Below, in pieces: positions 1-13,225 of a DNA stretch of 64,000 nucleotides (position 1 is its first letter; each line of letters begins with the position of its first letter). The translations under genes were made by a program, and so were the position numbers. The notes beneath the pieces were generated by a model. That model made no database searches. It was not told the origin of the DNA and was given only the letters and a program-made list of their open reading frames with translations. This DNA is from Octopus vulgaris (taxonomy: Eukaryota), in the NCBI GenBank assembly GCA_951406725.2, contig OX597826.1:21328001-21392000 (forward strand). The letters run 5' to 3'.

Positions 1-433
1 AATGGTTAGAGATGGTTAGCGAGGTAATTCTAATGGTGAGGAAAATAATACTGTATGTATAGTGTAGTGTATAAACAACATGTTATTTTATATTATATTG
101 TAAATATATATAAGTTGCTATTGTATAAAGTTCTCTCGGGTTGCCAGCTCCTGTCAAACCATCCAACCCATGCCAGCATGGAAAACAGACATGATGGTAA
201 GGTTCTTCTGTAGACAATACTGTATATACTTTGTCCTGTTCCTATTTCCAACCTGACAGAAATCAGCACAGACACCCCAACTCATTGAATAAATCTACAG
301 ACTATCACCATTTCAGTAAATTCTTGTTCATAGAAGTTAATTCCTTTTAATCTTGAATTTATGTTATAAAGTAGATGGTTAAAACATTTTCAACAATTCC
401 ATTGAATAAATAAAAATTGCTGAAGCATCTTAC

Positions 434-580
434 CTTAATCACACCAACAATAGTTGTTGTTAGAGCAGAGTTATAAGATGTACAGAGAACAATGGAGAAG
501 TTAAGAATAAAACCCATAATACAAGACATTAAGAAACAAGCAATAAATACAGGATCGGACCAATGTGGGAAAGAAATTAT
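434..580 (-). CDS. SLC35D1: SLC35D-like exon 9 (147 nt); gene continues beyond the left edge
   Basis: ttcAG / [49 protein letters not shown] / GTAAGA; [10 protein letters not shown] motif. Confidence 0.95.
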
Positions 581-2445
581 CTGAAAATAAAAAAAAATAA
601 ATACAAATAAATTTCTTATGAAAGAGAAAATTGAAAACTTTAAATTTACAAATTTAAATATTGAAAATTTTTACATAAAATTGCATATACAACAAAATGA
701 GTATAGCAACATGTATACAATAACATGGAGATAATACCATCAAAATGTATACAACTGTATACAAAATGTATACAATAAGGTGTATACAATAACATATGTA
801 CCATAACATGTAAACGATAAATGACATTCATTTGTTTATATTAATAAAACTGAAAATTTGCTGTTTTTCTCTTATGAAAAGAATTTTTTTGAAATAATTC
901 TACATTTCTATGTAGAATAGTAAGATATCTGATCTACTCGCTGTGGAGAAGACAGCAAAAGAGTTTTATGAAGAACTGCCAGTGATATCTATTGCATCAG
1001 TCACTCTATGCCATAAAGTTTTTTTCGCCTGTGTGATGACTTCATACCAAGCCAAGAGGCAGTCCAGGGACTGAGGATGCCAAAATTCACAACAGCGACC
1101 AACATGAAAAGGTGTCTTTTTGGCATTGATTTGAACCCAAGTCATCTTCCATTCCTCTGTTGAAAATTCAGACATTTATCTATAATATTGCAGAAGATTT
1201 TAGAGGTGTATTTACCAGGAAAAGTGAATTGATCCAAAAACACGTGTTGAAAGTAAAACAATTACAGCATCTGTGACTATCTGTGACCTGGTGACTGACA
1301 CGGTTCCATTATAACTGAATCCATGTCAGTGACTGGGTTGCAGTTGATGCCAAATAATAACTGTTTCAGTGAAGTTAATAATTTTGTGAGGTTTTTGAAG
1401 GTTTAATGTGTGTCTTCTATACTGTATTTGGAGTAGATATTTCATAAAATGGAATGGTCAAGATACAGAAGGACCACATTATAAGAGATTGGAGTGGTAG
1501 GGTGTGCAAATATTATACACAATGGAAAGGTACCAATATTTCCCATTTAATGAAGAAATCTGCAACAAGTAATGCCATCCTCCTCCTCTTCTGTTTAAGA
1601 TGACAGCAACAATAATGATTGTTACTTGACAGGGTGTTAACTTCACAAATTTTGGATCATTGTACTCTTGGTTCAAATCTTGTAGAGGTCAACTTTTCTT
1701 TTTATTCTTTAGGGGTTAATAGACAAAGTACCAGTTGTGTATTTGGGTTAATTTTTTCCTCTCTTTGGTCTTTTTCTGGAGGAAGTCAACTGAAATGACA
1801 GGGATGGAAGCTGCAAGGCTTATTTGTCCAAGACACACTATATGTCACAATGGCAACTTTATGATTCCATCAGAGGCTGTGAGTGTGTGGGAGACCAAAG
1901 CATGCCATGTACTCTCCACAGACCTTCACTCTCAAATCCTGTAAAACATATTCTGTGTGTGTGTGTGATGTTATAATTACAATAGTAAAAAAACTCATAA
2001 TATAATGTGAAGACTGGAAAGTTCTTTCTTGGAACCAGGTTAATAATATTTAGGTTAACTTTAACACCTCATTAAAAAATGGGCCGAAACACTGAGAGCT
2101 GTAAACAGCTGAGTCCAATATTTTACAGCATTAATACAATAATAAAGGTCAAATGTTCTTTATTATTTTCTTTAATTGTATTCTAAACTTTGAAAAAGCT
2201 TGAGATGACATCAGACATCGTAAAACATTCACCAATGAAACATTTTGGCTCAGGGTGGTCAGCTATTAAAAAAAATAAATGTGTCAGTCCTATCTTGGAA
2301 AGAAAACAGAATGAAATAGCAAAACAATGTGTGTGTGCATGTGTGTGTGTGCATGCCCCCTTTATATTGCAAAAACAAAATGTAAAACGTTTCTGGAGAT
2401 GTTCTTTGGATTCTGCTAATCCATTGCTCTAATGCTGCTGATGAT

Positions 2446-2875
2446 AATCCTTTCTACTAATAGACACAAAGCCTGAAATTTGTGGGAAGGAGGCTCGTGG
2501 ATTATCTCGACTTCAATACTCAACTGATAGTTGTTATATTGATCATGAAAGGATGAAAGGGCAAAGCTGACTTTAGCAGCATTTGAACTCATTAATTGGA
2601 AGAAATGCCTAGCAACACTTTGTCCGGTGTGCTAATATTTCTGTCAGCTCACTGCACTTAATAATAATGCTTTCAAATTTTGGCACAAGGCCAGCAATTT
2701 TAGGGGGAAGGGCTAAGTTGATTACATCAACCCCAGTATTCAACTGGTACTTTATTTTCTTGATCCTAGAGGGATGAAAGGCAAAGTTGACCTCAGCAGG
2801 ATTTGAACTCGGAAAGTAAAGACCTTAAGAAATGCCACTAAGCATTTTGTCCAAACAGGTTAATGGCTCTGCCTT
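2446..2875 (-). mobile_element. Two tandem degenerate copies of tRNA-derived SINE family B
   Basis: Shared core AAGGATGAAAGGCAAAGT(T/C)GACCTC...ATTTGAACTC with the TSD-flanked copies. Confidence 0.75.
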
Positions 2876-3280
2876 AAATAATAATAATAAAAATAACAAT
2901 GGACTCTTCCACTGAAGACAACATATGAGTGTTCAGTGTTTTCTGAACGACCTCCACAAATGGTTTGTTCCCAGTGATCAAATGTATGTGCTGTACATTA
3001 GCTCACTCTGTCAAATCGACATTACCTGTACAGGTGCACAAAAGTGCCCCACGTCAGGTGTCGAAATGATTGCAGAGCAACATGAAAGAGTTTTGCTTGA
3101 GAATACAATGTATATCTCAGTTCAGGAATTGAACACATGATGTAGCAATCGGGAGTGCAACACTAGGCCATGCGCAAGAAGAACAAGAAGAATGGTGATC
3201 TCAATAACGAAGTGATTTGTAAATAGATTAATGTTAATTCAAAAAATAAAATATTTTAATCTAAAAAAATTGATACTTAC

Positions 3281-3373
3281 ATCTTCTAAACCTCCAGTAA
3301 ACTTTGCAATTATTGTCGCTGGAATAAGCATAAATAAACTATTGTAGAACAGCAAACCATTCTTTCCAAGTTC
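3281..3373 (-). CDS. SLC35D1: SLC35D-like exon 8 (93 nt)
   Basis: ttcAG / ELGKNGLLFYNSLFMLIPATIIAKFTGGLED / GTAAGT. Confidence 0.95.
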
Positions 3374-5325
3374 CTGAAAAATATAAAGATAAAAAGACAT
3401 TTAAAAAAAAATATTGTCACTAATTTTGTAAATATAATTCTATAAATAACTAATTTTTAAAAATGTTTATTTTTATTTGAGATATGTTTTGTTTGTTGCT
3501 CAACCCCAAGTCAACCCTGGTTGACAGACCTATGATCAAAAACACTAGCTGTGACCAACCTATCACTTTAGGGTGTCTGCAAGATTATTTAATGGACTCC
3601 TTTATGATGTGATTTGAGAGAAATTTGCTGCTGTTTTTACCAGGTCTGTCGTATCATAGAAGCTCTGTCATTGGTTTAGACAAATTTCCTATTATGTGAT
3701 TGTGTGAAAATATTTCAAACATTTTCTTAGCAAAATTAATTAGTAATGCATCAAATTTCATTTTTTCTCAGAAATATCCTGGAAATTTTAACCAAGCTGC
3801 AAGCAATAATTCCATTTTCAAACTAAACTAATCCACTGTTAAAAGTTGTACCATAGCTACACTTGAAGGAGAGGTTCATTTTTATAAGTAATATAAAATT
3901 CGTCCAAGAATTTATTTAAAGTTTTCCCTCATAAAATCCCTACTCATTTGGAATGTTTTACAGGAATATAAAATCCTAATTTAGCTCAAAATCAATAATA
4001 TTGATTTGTACTCAAGAATGGGGAGGCATAGTTAATCACATCAACTCCCAATAATTGACTGACCCAAGGAAAATAAAAGACAAAACTAGTGTCTGTCAGA
4101 TTTGAACAAATTACCTAAAGGACCATAACTAACCACTGCAACAATTCTGTCCAACACAAATAATTCTGTCAATCCACAACTACTCATGATTATTTAACCC
4201 TGGGATGGTCTACATTGAGCAAATCTGTGATAAAATGCATTCCTATAGTGACCATCTTGCCTCTCTATATGTATAAAACTACACTGTCAAATGTCTTTTG
4301 CATTTTTTAAGATGGCATGATGCAATTTGAGGGATACTTACTGCTATTTTTAGCAGGTTTAGGAGGACCATCAGATTATTTCATCAAAGAATGTCAGTCC
4401 ACATTCTGAACTTTAGACTATTTCTAAACTATGTGGTTAAAGATTCCATGTTTGAAGTATGTGATATCTGCTGGACAATAAATTTATCATACACAAACCT
4501 ATGACTGCTAGGAGTTGACCATATTCTGGTACACACAGACATAATTATGTCTTGACCACAGGAGACCACAAAAACCATAAAGAACATCTGAAATACTGAC
4601 TAATTATTAAAGCCAATTAAGAAAATGTAAAAATTCCACCCAAGCCAACTCCCAATTCCACACAGATTGGTCCCAATTTAAAATGTTTACATTTTATCAC
4701 AAAGAAGCATTGCCTGGGGAAAATGGGGGGTGGGTCAATATTGTTGTATAGCTCCATGCGTGAGGGTGGGTATTATTGTATAGTCTTAAGTCAGCCCTAA
4801 TACTGCAGAATTATGATAAAAGGTAGTTCAGGCATGATCCATCTTGCCTTTCAGTATCTCTAGAGTTTCAGTGTCCTACTTGACCCGCCTTTTTTGAGAC
4901 AGCAATGTGGGATTTGACAGAGATCAGGTCGTTATTTTTAGCAGGTTGAACAACTGCAATGAGACTGTCATGAAAACTCCACAACAAAGAATACTCCCTA
5001 CCAATACTGAACAGGAGTAGTCCCTACTTAAACAATACTCACACTGACTAAAGTTTCACAGATAGGATATGTTGAGTGAGAGTATCAGGAATGCACTGAT
5101 ATCTTGAGTGTCACTCATGTCAGAAGAGTACACTTAATGATGAGTCACTACTGATTCTTACAGGTATTCATACTCCCAGGAGTATGAATACCAGTTCAGG
5201 GTGATAAATACCCCTGATCAGTGGGACTGAGGAGTAGCCAACACAACAGTTGAGAGAGAGAGAGATGGAGAAAAGAGAGGAGAGATAAAGGACAAAGAGG
5301 AAGAGAGGGTAGGGAGGAGACAGAG

Positions 5326-5365
<40 letters not shown>

Positions 5366-5402
5366 GAGAAAGCAGAGGAATCAAACAAGCTGAAGTTCTT
5401 AC

Positions 5403-5505
5403 CTTTGCATCTAATTTCTTTTTTGTATAAACACCATTCAAAGCGGTGAAGAAATCATTTAAAAATATAAAAATATAACCTATAAGGTCAAAGGCCAAAT
5501 CAGAG
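5403..5505 (-). CDS. SLC35D1: SLC35D-like exon 7 (103 nt)
   Basis: ttccAG / [34 protein letters not shown] / GTAAGA. Confidence 0.95.
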
Positions 5506-6230
5506 CTGGAAAAAAAAGAGAGAAAAACATTAAAATGAAAACTGTAAATACATTTAATATAATATATTAACAGGGTTTTCTTGTCGTTTTTTTTTTATGC
5601 CAGAATGGATTAGACAAGACTTCAGAGTCTGGATTCTTTTTCTGTTTCCCACAAGCTGGATGATCTTCCAGTTGCTAACCTTTACCTTTTTCCAAATGAG
5701 ATAAAATTCCTCCTCCACCACTCCTAAGTCTATTGAACAATAAACAGTCTAGACATGTTTTGGGGGTGGATTGCACATAAACAACACCATCTGTATGGAG
5801 GTGACAGTTTCCAATCAGGGTACATCAAGACAAAGGGCACACACACACACAGGTGGCGATGGTGATGGCATGTTTAGTTGTGATGATGGTAGTTGCTGTA
5901 ATTGTTGTTCAATGTCACCAATTCCAGTTGCAGCTATTCTGCCACACTCCTGGAAATTGTAACAAGAATTCGGTATATTTAGATTATTGGGATTAGCTAT
6001 TTGCTGGAAGAGATGAGAGAAATCCTGTCACTGCAGTCTGGATGTCTGGATCTATAATTCTGTAATGAGTACTTTTGTGCCAATGTCCACCTTGGTAACC
6101 ATTCTCTTTATTGTTCCTGACCTGGTAAAGTGTATTGCCACAGAATCTGTATGAGGAATTAATTTATTCTGTTAAATCCAGCTACAATCTGGAGAGAGCT
6201 GCAGGAATCGTAGAGTATTGAAGTATGAAT

Positions 6231-6542
6231 TATTTTTTTGTTCCTTCTCGAGCCATGCCTGGCTCATAAGGGCCAGTTTCCCGGTTTCCTTGGCATATAG
6301 GTTCCCCACTTGGACAGGACGCCAGTCCGTCGCAGGTGAGCTGCAAGATGCAGGAGGAAAGAGTGAGAGAAAGTTGTGGCGAAAGAGTCAGCAGAAGTTC
6401 GCCACTACCTTCTGCCAGAGCTGCGTGGAGCTTAGGTGTTTCGCTCATAAACACACACATCACCCGGTCTGAGATTCAAACCCGCAATCCCTCGACCACG
6501 AGTCCGCTGCTCTAACCATTAGGCCATGTGCCTCCACATGAG
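6231..6542 (-). mobile_element. tRNA-derived SINE (family C), inside an older degraded LINE
   Basis: A box TGGCCTAATGGTTAGAGC and B-like box GGTTTGAATCTC, A-rich tail, GTATGAATT on both flanks (TSD). Confidence 0.8.
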
Positions 6543-7350
6543 GTATGAATTCATTGGTGCTGATTGAGGATGGGAAGATGGACATTAATTCTAGGCAGTT
6601 GTCACTTTGCAAAAACCTTTCCAGTCAAACTGAGAATGGTTTGTCTGATACTGAGTCAGAAAAGAAATAATAGTTGAGGATTCACAGATTTGATAGGGTT
6701 TTACAGAGAAATCAAGCCTAGTTGTTAGGTCAATAAGACCAAACTTACCAAGATCCTTCAGAAGAATTAAATTGAAATAATCCAAAACTCATCTCTGGTT
6801 TTGAAATTTTTCTGATTTGTTATTAGTTACTATGACAACAGTGTTGTTGCTGTTGTAGTAGTTGGTGGTGGTGGTGATGGCTATAGTAGTGGTGGTTATG
6901 GTGGTGGTGATGTTAGATGTGATACATCTTAGCTGCTGAAGAGGGTCAGTACCCAAAGCTTTAGTGGGAGAAGTGGCAGGGTTCCTTAACTGGTGAAACC
7001 ACAAAGGCTGACTTTCAGCTAAACCTTCGGCAAGTTGTGTGCAGCATAAATCTGTGTCTGGAGGGATTGAAAGGTTGGGGGGGGGGGTGCAGAATGTGTT
7101 TAGTGGAGGGTGTGAGAGAAGGTAGGGATGAGGAGATGATGGGTTTGAGCTAGGACTTGACCAGTTTCAAAGAGTGTCCTGCAGAGGTTATGGACACTGC
7201 TCACTTCTGAAGAAGCAAAAGCAAAAAGAGAGACTTGTCAGTGGTTGAAGATTTACTAATTAGTGGTGATGGTATGGATAATTATGAAGAAAATGTAAAA
7301 ATACTGAAATTGGTTAAAAAAAAAGAAAAGAAAGAAAAGAAAAAGCTCAC

Positions 7351-7419
7351 CTTGCTGCTACTAGGGCACCAAATATCATCAAGAATACTGTAAGTTGCAC
7401 ATATGTTTGGGCTCTGGTT
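7351..7419 (-). CDS. SLC35D1: SLC35D-like exon 6 (69 nt)
   Basis: tttAG / TRAQTYVQLTVFLMIFGALVAA(S) / GTGAGC. Confidence 0.93.
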
Positions 7420-8353
7420 CTAAATGCAGAAACAAAGAGAAAAGAAAAAAGAACATTGAAAGTGAGTTAATAAAAAGATATATTTTTATAAATCTATTAA
7501 ATTGTTAAAAATCACAATATAAAATAACGTAAACTGTTATTAATAAAAAATGTGAAGATCAAATATCTTTTCAACTGATTTCTTTTGGCTCCAAACCAAT
7601 TCCATCAGTTCACAAGTTCTATAAAAGAGAGGTGTGACACGAAAGAGGTGTGATGTTGTGAATGAACAACAGACTACAATTGATCTGAAAGATAAGCTGA
7701 ATATAAGAGGAATCCGAAGTAGAGAGAGAAAGAGGAAAGACTACACTGATATGAGAGATGACATCTAAATGAAATGGTACAGGACACTGAAAATGGATAA
7801 AATGAGACAAAGAGGGAAATCTAGAAAGACATGGAACAAAGCGGTTATGTTGAGGTCTGGGATTGGATCTTAAAAGTGAAATGTAAGAAGTGAGTAAGTA
7901 AATCTAATGCTGTGTATTCAGAAAGAATGTTCCATGTTTATTACATGTTGACAGGACAAGATATATTCCAGAAATTTCTGGTATTTAGAAGAGTTAAAGA
8001 AGTTTTTCTTTTCAATATGTGTAAGTGTTTACAAGAAACTTTTCTACATATTTTTGCAAGATTTTGCTTGTAACTGTTAATTTCAATTTAATTTCTCCTT
8101 TACATTTGTTCAATTCCCAGTAAAATTATTTTGGCAGAAATAAAGAAAAATGAATTTCTTTTAATATAAAACCTTCAAAAATATGAAATGAATTTTGGGG
8201 AAATAATTTCCTTAAAGACAAACTTTTACTTTCTTCAATTCCAATATGTTTGTACGAACAAAAATCTAAAATATTCCTCTTGTTTAATTGCAAGGCTCAG
8301 CAGAATCGGTTTTAAAGATGCCAGGAATATGAATGAAGCCTAATAATACTTAC

Positions 8354-8425
8354 TTTAATATAAAATATTCTAAAATCATGGTAAATAGAATTGAAAATCT
8401 TCTCAGCACAGTGAACATGGGCAAA
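8354..8425 (-). CDS. SLC35D1: SLC35D-like exon 5 (72 nt)
   Basis: tgcAG / LPMFTVLRRFSILFTMILEYFIL(K) / GTAAGT; diagnostic LPMFTVLRRFSI motif. Confidence 0.95.
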
Positions 8426-8844
8426 CTGCAAAGACAAACAGAGATTCATAAGTTGAGGGGATTCCACACACACACACACATCCCATATACTTCCACACAA
8501 TTCCTGCCACCGCTATCACCACCTCCACCCCTATTATTATGACAAGCAACTACAAATCCCCCTCCCCCTTTCTATGTCCCAAATCAATCTCGTTAAACAA
8601 GAAAACACCAAATAAAATTGCTTCCAAATCACTTTTAAAAGGTTTTCAATCCATTCCCTGACAAGTATTAATTAAACCAGATAATTAAGACAAATTCAGT
8701 ATTAGTAAACACTGCCTAATTAATTAATAATCAAAAATGAAAACAATTATTTTTTTCAAATAATCAATGCAAATAGAATTCCACTTTAATTAAACATCGT
8801 TAAAAATGGATTTAGATATGATGTTAATGAGTTTCTTCCTTATC

Positions 8845-9990
8845 AGGTTGAGTTCAGATCCATAGGACTTTCCTCTCTTCCTTCCAACTCCATCTTCCAT
8901 TCCATGTGATTGTTACGTCCCCTTGGACACAGGCATTGTAGCCTCTTCATTGATGGCTGTAGATCTTTAAACATTGACCAATACAATTACAATCATGTCC
9001 ACTTTGATCAACCTCCTCCTCCTCATTCTTCCTGCAATGTCCATCAAAGTGACCCCGCCCCCCTGCCATCTCTGATGATTTCTGATACTTTATGAAGATT
9101 ATTGTAGAATCTTTCTTTTGTGGAATGTCTTTCCAGGATACATTCCAAATGGTAAGAAGGACGTGTGTAGAAGTGCCATCCAGCAGAGTTTCACACCCTC
9201 TGGTTGGTGTCCAAATAGAAGACTAAAGCAACACAGATTCAACCACCCCAGAGAAGAAGTTCCTTTCCAGATTCTCTCAGAGTTCAGGCTTCCATACCAT
9301 TCTGAGATAGTGCTGCCAAGGTTTTACTGATATGGTGCTTAATCATCATCATTTAGCATCTGTTGTCCATGCTGACATGGGTTGGACGGTTTGACCAGGG
9401 CTGGCTAGCTGGAAAGCCACACCAGACTCCAGTTTGATTAGGCATGGTTTTGATGGCTGCATGCCCTTCCTAACGCCAACCACTCTGAGAGTGTAATGGG
9501 TGCCTTTATGTGCCCCTGTAGACAATATATTGCTCTTGGAGTACATGAAGGAATTTACAACTTCTTTTCCTTTTTTTTTGAACTTCCAAACAATGATGTG
9601 ATCCCACCTTCCATTTGACACCTGTTGCCATAGAAACCAATGACCCCCAATACGTTCTTCCAGATTTTGAAATAAGGAAATAGTTCCTGCACTCATCGCT
9701 GACATTACAGCAAAGTCATCAACATAATCTGCATGTTATTGAAGAGTTTGGGACAGTGTATGGGTGTGGCCTAGGGAGAGGTGGAGGGAAATAGATTATG
9801 AAATGATTGGAATGGGAAATGTCAGAAGAGATAACAAGCTACAGAGGAAAGCACTCTAGCCTCTGTCTTACAAACATGTAGCATTAACATGTAGGAAGCC
9901 ATGTACAAGGACATCTATCTCCATCAGTTTCTAGATTAATTAACATATTGCGGATTGAAAGTTGTTTAAACTATTTCTCCAGGTTTTAAA
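8845..9990 (-). mobile_element. Degraded RTE-type LINE 3' half, with an RTE-tail insert at ~9342-9520
   Basis: Minus strand DYVDDFAV (RT catalytic motif, ~9712-9730) and V.SF.Y..S motif downstream; many stops. Confidence 0.55.
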
Positions 9991-10057
9991 TGTCTGCTGA
10001 GATGAGAGTAAAGCAGATATCCCCTGGCCCCATCATCATCATCATTGACAACAAAAA

Positions 10058-10241
10058 CAGTGAGCTGACTGAATCGTTAGCACAACAGACAAAATGCTGA
10101 TTGTTATTTCTTAGTTTAAATTTCATTTTGCCTTTTCATCCCTTCAGGGTCAATGAAATAAGTACCAGTTACACACTGGGGTCAAAGTAATTAACTAACC
10201 CCTCCCACAAAATTTCAAGCCTTGAGTCTAAAGCAGAGAGG

Positions 10242-10271
<30 letters not shown>
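10058..10271 (+). mobile_element. SINE family B degenerate copy with (ATT)n tail
   Basis: GTGAGCTG...GAATCGTTAGCAC head, TTTCATCC..GGGTC..AAGTACCAGTT body. Confidence 0.7.
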
Positions 10272-10272
<1 letters not shown>

Positions 10273-10501
10273 CACCATAATAACGATACTAAAATTAAGA
10301 CATAAATTCTTTTCCTTTGTTTATTTTTTTCTCTCCAGGATGTTCATTAAACATAAAATCTTAAAATTTTAGAGAAAAATATATGTTTGGAAGAAATATT
10401 TAAAATTTAAAATTCTTCTGAGAAACTGAAGTTGGTAAAACATTAAATGAAATAAAGAAATAATCTAGTGGAAAGATATCTAAGAATTTTTAAAATCTTA
10501 C

Positions 10502-10569
10502 TTCAATTTTTTGGTGCCGCCTAATCCAAACAATAGATTTACCACATAGACAATTGGCAAAGGACACAC
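10502..10569 (-). CDS. SLC35D1: SLC35D-like exon 4 (68 nt)
   Basis: ctAG / VCPLPIVYVVNLLFGLGGTKKL(N) / GTAAGA; family PLP...GL.GTK.L motif. Confidence 0.93.
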
Positions 10570-10684
10570 CTAGAAATAAAAACCAATATATTGAGAGGTG
10601 AAAATTTATCAGGTAGACAACTGGTAACGAGTGCATGTAATAACAATAATCAATATATATATATATTGATACAGTTTACAAATA

Positions 10685-11050
10685 GGCGTAGGAGTGGCTG
10701 TGTGGTAAGTAGCTTGCTTACGAACCACATGGTTCCAGGTTCAGTCCCATTGCGTGGCACCTTGGGCAAGTGTCTTCTACTATAGCCTCAGGCCAACCAA
10801 AGCCTTGTGAGTGGATTTGGTAGACGGAAACTGAAAGAAGCCCGTCATATATATATACATATATACATATACATATACATATATATATATGTATGTGTGT
10901 GTATATGTTTGTGTGTCTGTGTGTCTGTGTTTGTCCCCCCAACATCACTTGACAACCGATGCTGGTGTGTTTACGTCCCTGTAACTTAGCGGTTCGGCAA
11001 AAAGAGACCGACAGAATAAGTACTGGGCTTACAAAGAATAAGTCCTGGGG
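10685..11050 (+). mobile_element. tRNA-derived SINE family A
   Basis: Head GGCGTAGGAGTGGCTGTGTGGTAAG...GGTTCAGTCCC, CCTTGGGCAAGTG core, internal (TA/TG)n; near-identical copies at 52910 and 53658. Confidence 0.88.
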
Positions 11051-11322
11051 TTATCAACTGAATGGACCGCAGCAATGTGTCTTGCTCAAAGAATACAACA
11101 CACTGCCAGGAATCCAACTCACAACCTTCTAATCACAAGCCAAATACCCTAACCACTGAGTCACATATCTTCACACTGAGTCAAGATGGGATTCCATAGT
11201 AAGTGTAGATAGGAATATCACAAGCATACACTATAAAAAGGGACTAATTTGTTCTGAATATTATTATGATTAAATTAATAACAAACTCATTTGAGGTATT
11301 TAGAGATTTAATAAAAACTTAC

Positions 11323-11409
11323 CTTTCGAAAAATATCAGATGTAAACTCTGGAAATATAACGATATTTAATTCTTTGCCAATAAATAAGACTAAAAGACA
11401 TGCCACCAT
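11323..11409 (-). CDS. SLC35D1: SLC35D-like exon 3 (87 nt)
   Basis: tttAG / MVACLLVLFIGKELNIVIFPEFTSDIFRK / GTAAGT. Confidence 0.9.
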
Positions 11410-12539
11410 CTAAAGAAGAAACAAATGAATAATTATAAAATACAAAATAAAATTTTAGTCTTGGGATATTGTTATTACAGAAAATATCAATGTCAAACTC
11501 TGTCCATTACCATTCTGTTGGTCTATGTTTGATATCAACAGTCACAGAATGTACCATCCATGGTTCCTATTTTACAGTTTGATAAACTGATCTTTTGATA
11601 CAACATAAACATTGGCTTATTGATTGAAAAGCCTGTCAGTTCCATGTTGAGCGGTGGGTAGAACAATTCTAAACAGTGTCTTAAAGATTAGGTAACACTG
11701 TTGTCTATGAAGACAGTGTGTCCTGTCCCACCATGCCCTTCTCTTATAATGGTTGTCTTAAAGAATGACAAAACAAAACAGTGAAAATAAAATCTTTGTC
11801 TTTTCTCTGGATGTCCAACAATTTTCTTTCTATTCTGTAGACAATATGGCTGATATCTAATTCTTTCCCTCTATTTTTGCCCCCTTTTCTGTTGATCTGT
11901 CTAAACACCTCTCATTCTATTACGTAAGCAGAAGAAATATTTGATCCAATATTAATGAAAAGCTTCCTGAATTACAAACATTTACCAGATAAGATGTTAG
12001 AATAGACCCCACAGTCAAGAGTTCAAATCTAATCCCAGTGGATCTTTCCTGTTGCTCTCGCAGTTTTTCTAGTTTTAAATTGTGTTCCATTTCTTTTCAG
12101 ATGTGCTTGACTGATGTAGTTTCATTTGCTAATTATGAAAATGAAATTCATTTTTACCATAAAGGTTGCAAATTTTGGGTAATTTCAGCTAATTGAAGGC
12201 TACAGACACATTGGTTTCCATAGTTACAAGCCAAGTTGTAGTCTGCTTAAAACAACCACCTTTAATTTTCGTTACCGAAAATATTTTGTTTACATAATCC
12301 AAACTATTGACAGTATGACATACAGTTTGACTTGCCTAAGTTTTTGCAAAAAATTTCATTGAAAATTTTTCCTTTTTAAATTTTTTACATGCCAATTTGA
12401 CCATTTCAAACCTTACCTTAAGCCTAACATACAGTTTGTTTTTTTTGTACTATTCCACCACCACGTAACTCTAGGTCTGGAAGGGACTTTGCACCATCCA
12501 CAGACTTGGTCTGTGGCACTCAGCAAGCTGTCCTGTAGG

Positions 12540-12928
12540 AATTTCCAGCTACCTTCTATGTCACATAACCAGCCCATTTAAAAAGTACCTTTGAATCATC
12601 AGGTGACATGCTGTACTTGAGGAGACCTACTGAGTTAAGTAAAATTGAAATCAAATCAAATCAAATGGAAATTGTAGTTGTGGCCATGCCAGTGCCACCT
12701 GACTGGCTCCCGTGCTGATGGCACGCAATAAGCACTATGCATGCATGGGTCGTTGCCAGTGCCACCTGACCGGCTCCTGTGCCGGTAGCACGTAAAAAGC
12801 ACCCACTACACCCTTGGAGTGGTTGGCATTAGGAAAGGCATCCAGCTGTAGCCTCCTGGCTTGCTAGTCCCCAATCAAACCGTCCAACCCATACCAGCAT
12901 GGAAAACGGACGTTAAACGATGATGATG
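12540..12928 (+). mobile_element. RTE LINE 3' tail ending in (GAT)n
   Basis: GGTGGCACGTAAAAGCACC subrepeats and CATGGAAAACGGACGTTAAACGATGATGAT end shared with 14005-15093. Confidence 0.75.
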
Positions 12929-12949
12929 ATATATATATATATATACATA

Positions 12950-13225
12950 CAGGGTCATTCAAAAAGAATGAACCGATTTCCTTACGCAATATTTTAATAA
13001 GGAAAAGCAATAGAAAACTCCAGCTGAGTGACAAGTATTTATTCACAATCCACTTTTATTTCTTGTCTTACAAGTGTTCAATGTGGCCAGCACCTGCAGC
13101 ACAGGCAACATCAATGTGATAAGAGAATTCCTCCCAGACACATATCAGCATATCATAATCCACTGAATTGATCGTTGTTGTTATTCAATGTTTAAGGTCA
13201 TCGAGGTTAGTGGGTGGCATTTATG
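12950..13225 (-). mobile_element. Tc1/mariner-superfamily 3' end fragment
   Basis: TA-CAGGGT terminus; minus strand TNLDDLKH*ITTTINSV...VWEEFSYHIDVACAAGAGHIEHL* resembles a transposase C-terminus. Confidence 0.7.

Noticed and set aside
10685-10760. tRNA genes at SINE heads (also 6470-6535, 51218, 52910, 53658)
   Set aside because: A/B boxes run into SINE bodies with tails or TSDs; no full cloverleaf
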